NCBI GenBank assembly: GCA_964234715.1
Contig: OZ174282.1
Direction: 5' to 3' (one strand)
DNA from: Podarcis melisellensis
Taxonomy: Eukaryota
Length of the DNA: 64,000 nucleotides
Below are positions 63,460-64,000 of this stretch, one piece after another (positions within the stretch are counted from its first letter, which is position 1; the number at the start of each line of letters is the position of its first letter). Made by a program: the position numbers and the translations under genes. Below the pieces are notes generated by a model that saw nothing but the letters and a program-made list of their open reading frames with translations, was not told the DNA's origin and made no database searches.

Positions 63460-64000
63460 CATAGCTGTCAAGTGTCCCTTATTTGAAGGGACAGTCCCTT
63501 ATTCCAGCGCCATGTCCCGCTGCTGTCCCCTATTGATGGATGTCCCTTAAATGATGTCCCTTAAATTTCAAAGGAAGCAGCTCCTCTCCCTCCCTCCCTG
63601 CCGGCCAGGGAGGAGGGAGGCTCCAACTGTGTTGCTTGGCTGTGTTGCTCACCCAATAAGAAGTCTAAGAACGACTGGGGGGGGTGGAGCTTGCATGCCT
63701 TGTGTGTGGCTAGTTAATGCAAGCTGAGGGGGGTTTTGAATGCTGGACGCCATTTTGTTGCACGTGCTGCTGCAAACTTTGCGGTGCAAAGCCAGGCCGG
63801 GGAGCCATCTTAAGTTGAGGCTGCATAGGCCTTGTGGTGCATGTGATTCAGATTCTATTCAGTTGAACCTCTGATTACAAAGTTGGTTGGACAGTGTTCT
63901 CGAAGCTACCAGCATGAGTTTGACCAGACTGCAGGAGGACAGGAAGACTGGAATGCCTGGAACAGGTGAGACTGCAGGCCCCTTATTTTGGCTGCTGGTC
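63460..64000. mobile_element. hAT-like DNA transposon left end, truncated by window edge
   Basis: CATAGCTGTCAAGTGTCCCTTATT start with multiple subterminal TGTCCC motifs; CpG-retaining. Confidence 0.5.

Overview
Vertebrate nuclear DNA. The repeat content (BovB, CR1, L2, L1, tRNA-SINEs, hAT and Tigger MITEs) points to a squamate reptile, probably a lacertid-type lizard (inference). The window lies inside the HYDIN gene (axonemal central-pair protein with ASH/Ig-like repeats) on the minus strand. I traced 33 consecutive coding exons by hand, from 61768 down to 43. All have GT-AG boundaries and compatible phases, and they join into an uninterrupted 5356-nt frame (1785 codons + 1 nt) running from IPRLVKVV... 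to ...NQEN. The start and stop codons lie outside the window. Introns hold TE remnants, several with recognisable TSDs, plus microsatellites. I found no convincing nested protein-coding gene, RNA gene or novel multi-gene system. The best leads are: (1) an exact 19-nt duplicate of a HYDIN splice acceptor followed by a stop codon and poly(A) signal, a possible truncated isoform; (2) a pair of intronic RFX X-box motifs; (3) a hAT MITE carrying TTAGGG-containing tandem repeats; (4) a MITE whose ends resemble mammalian Tigger1; (5) several fold-back palindromes. Homology calls rest on my recollection of the families, not on database searches.
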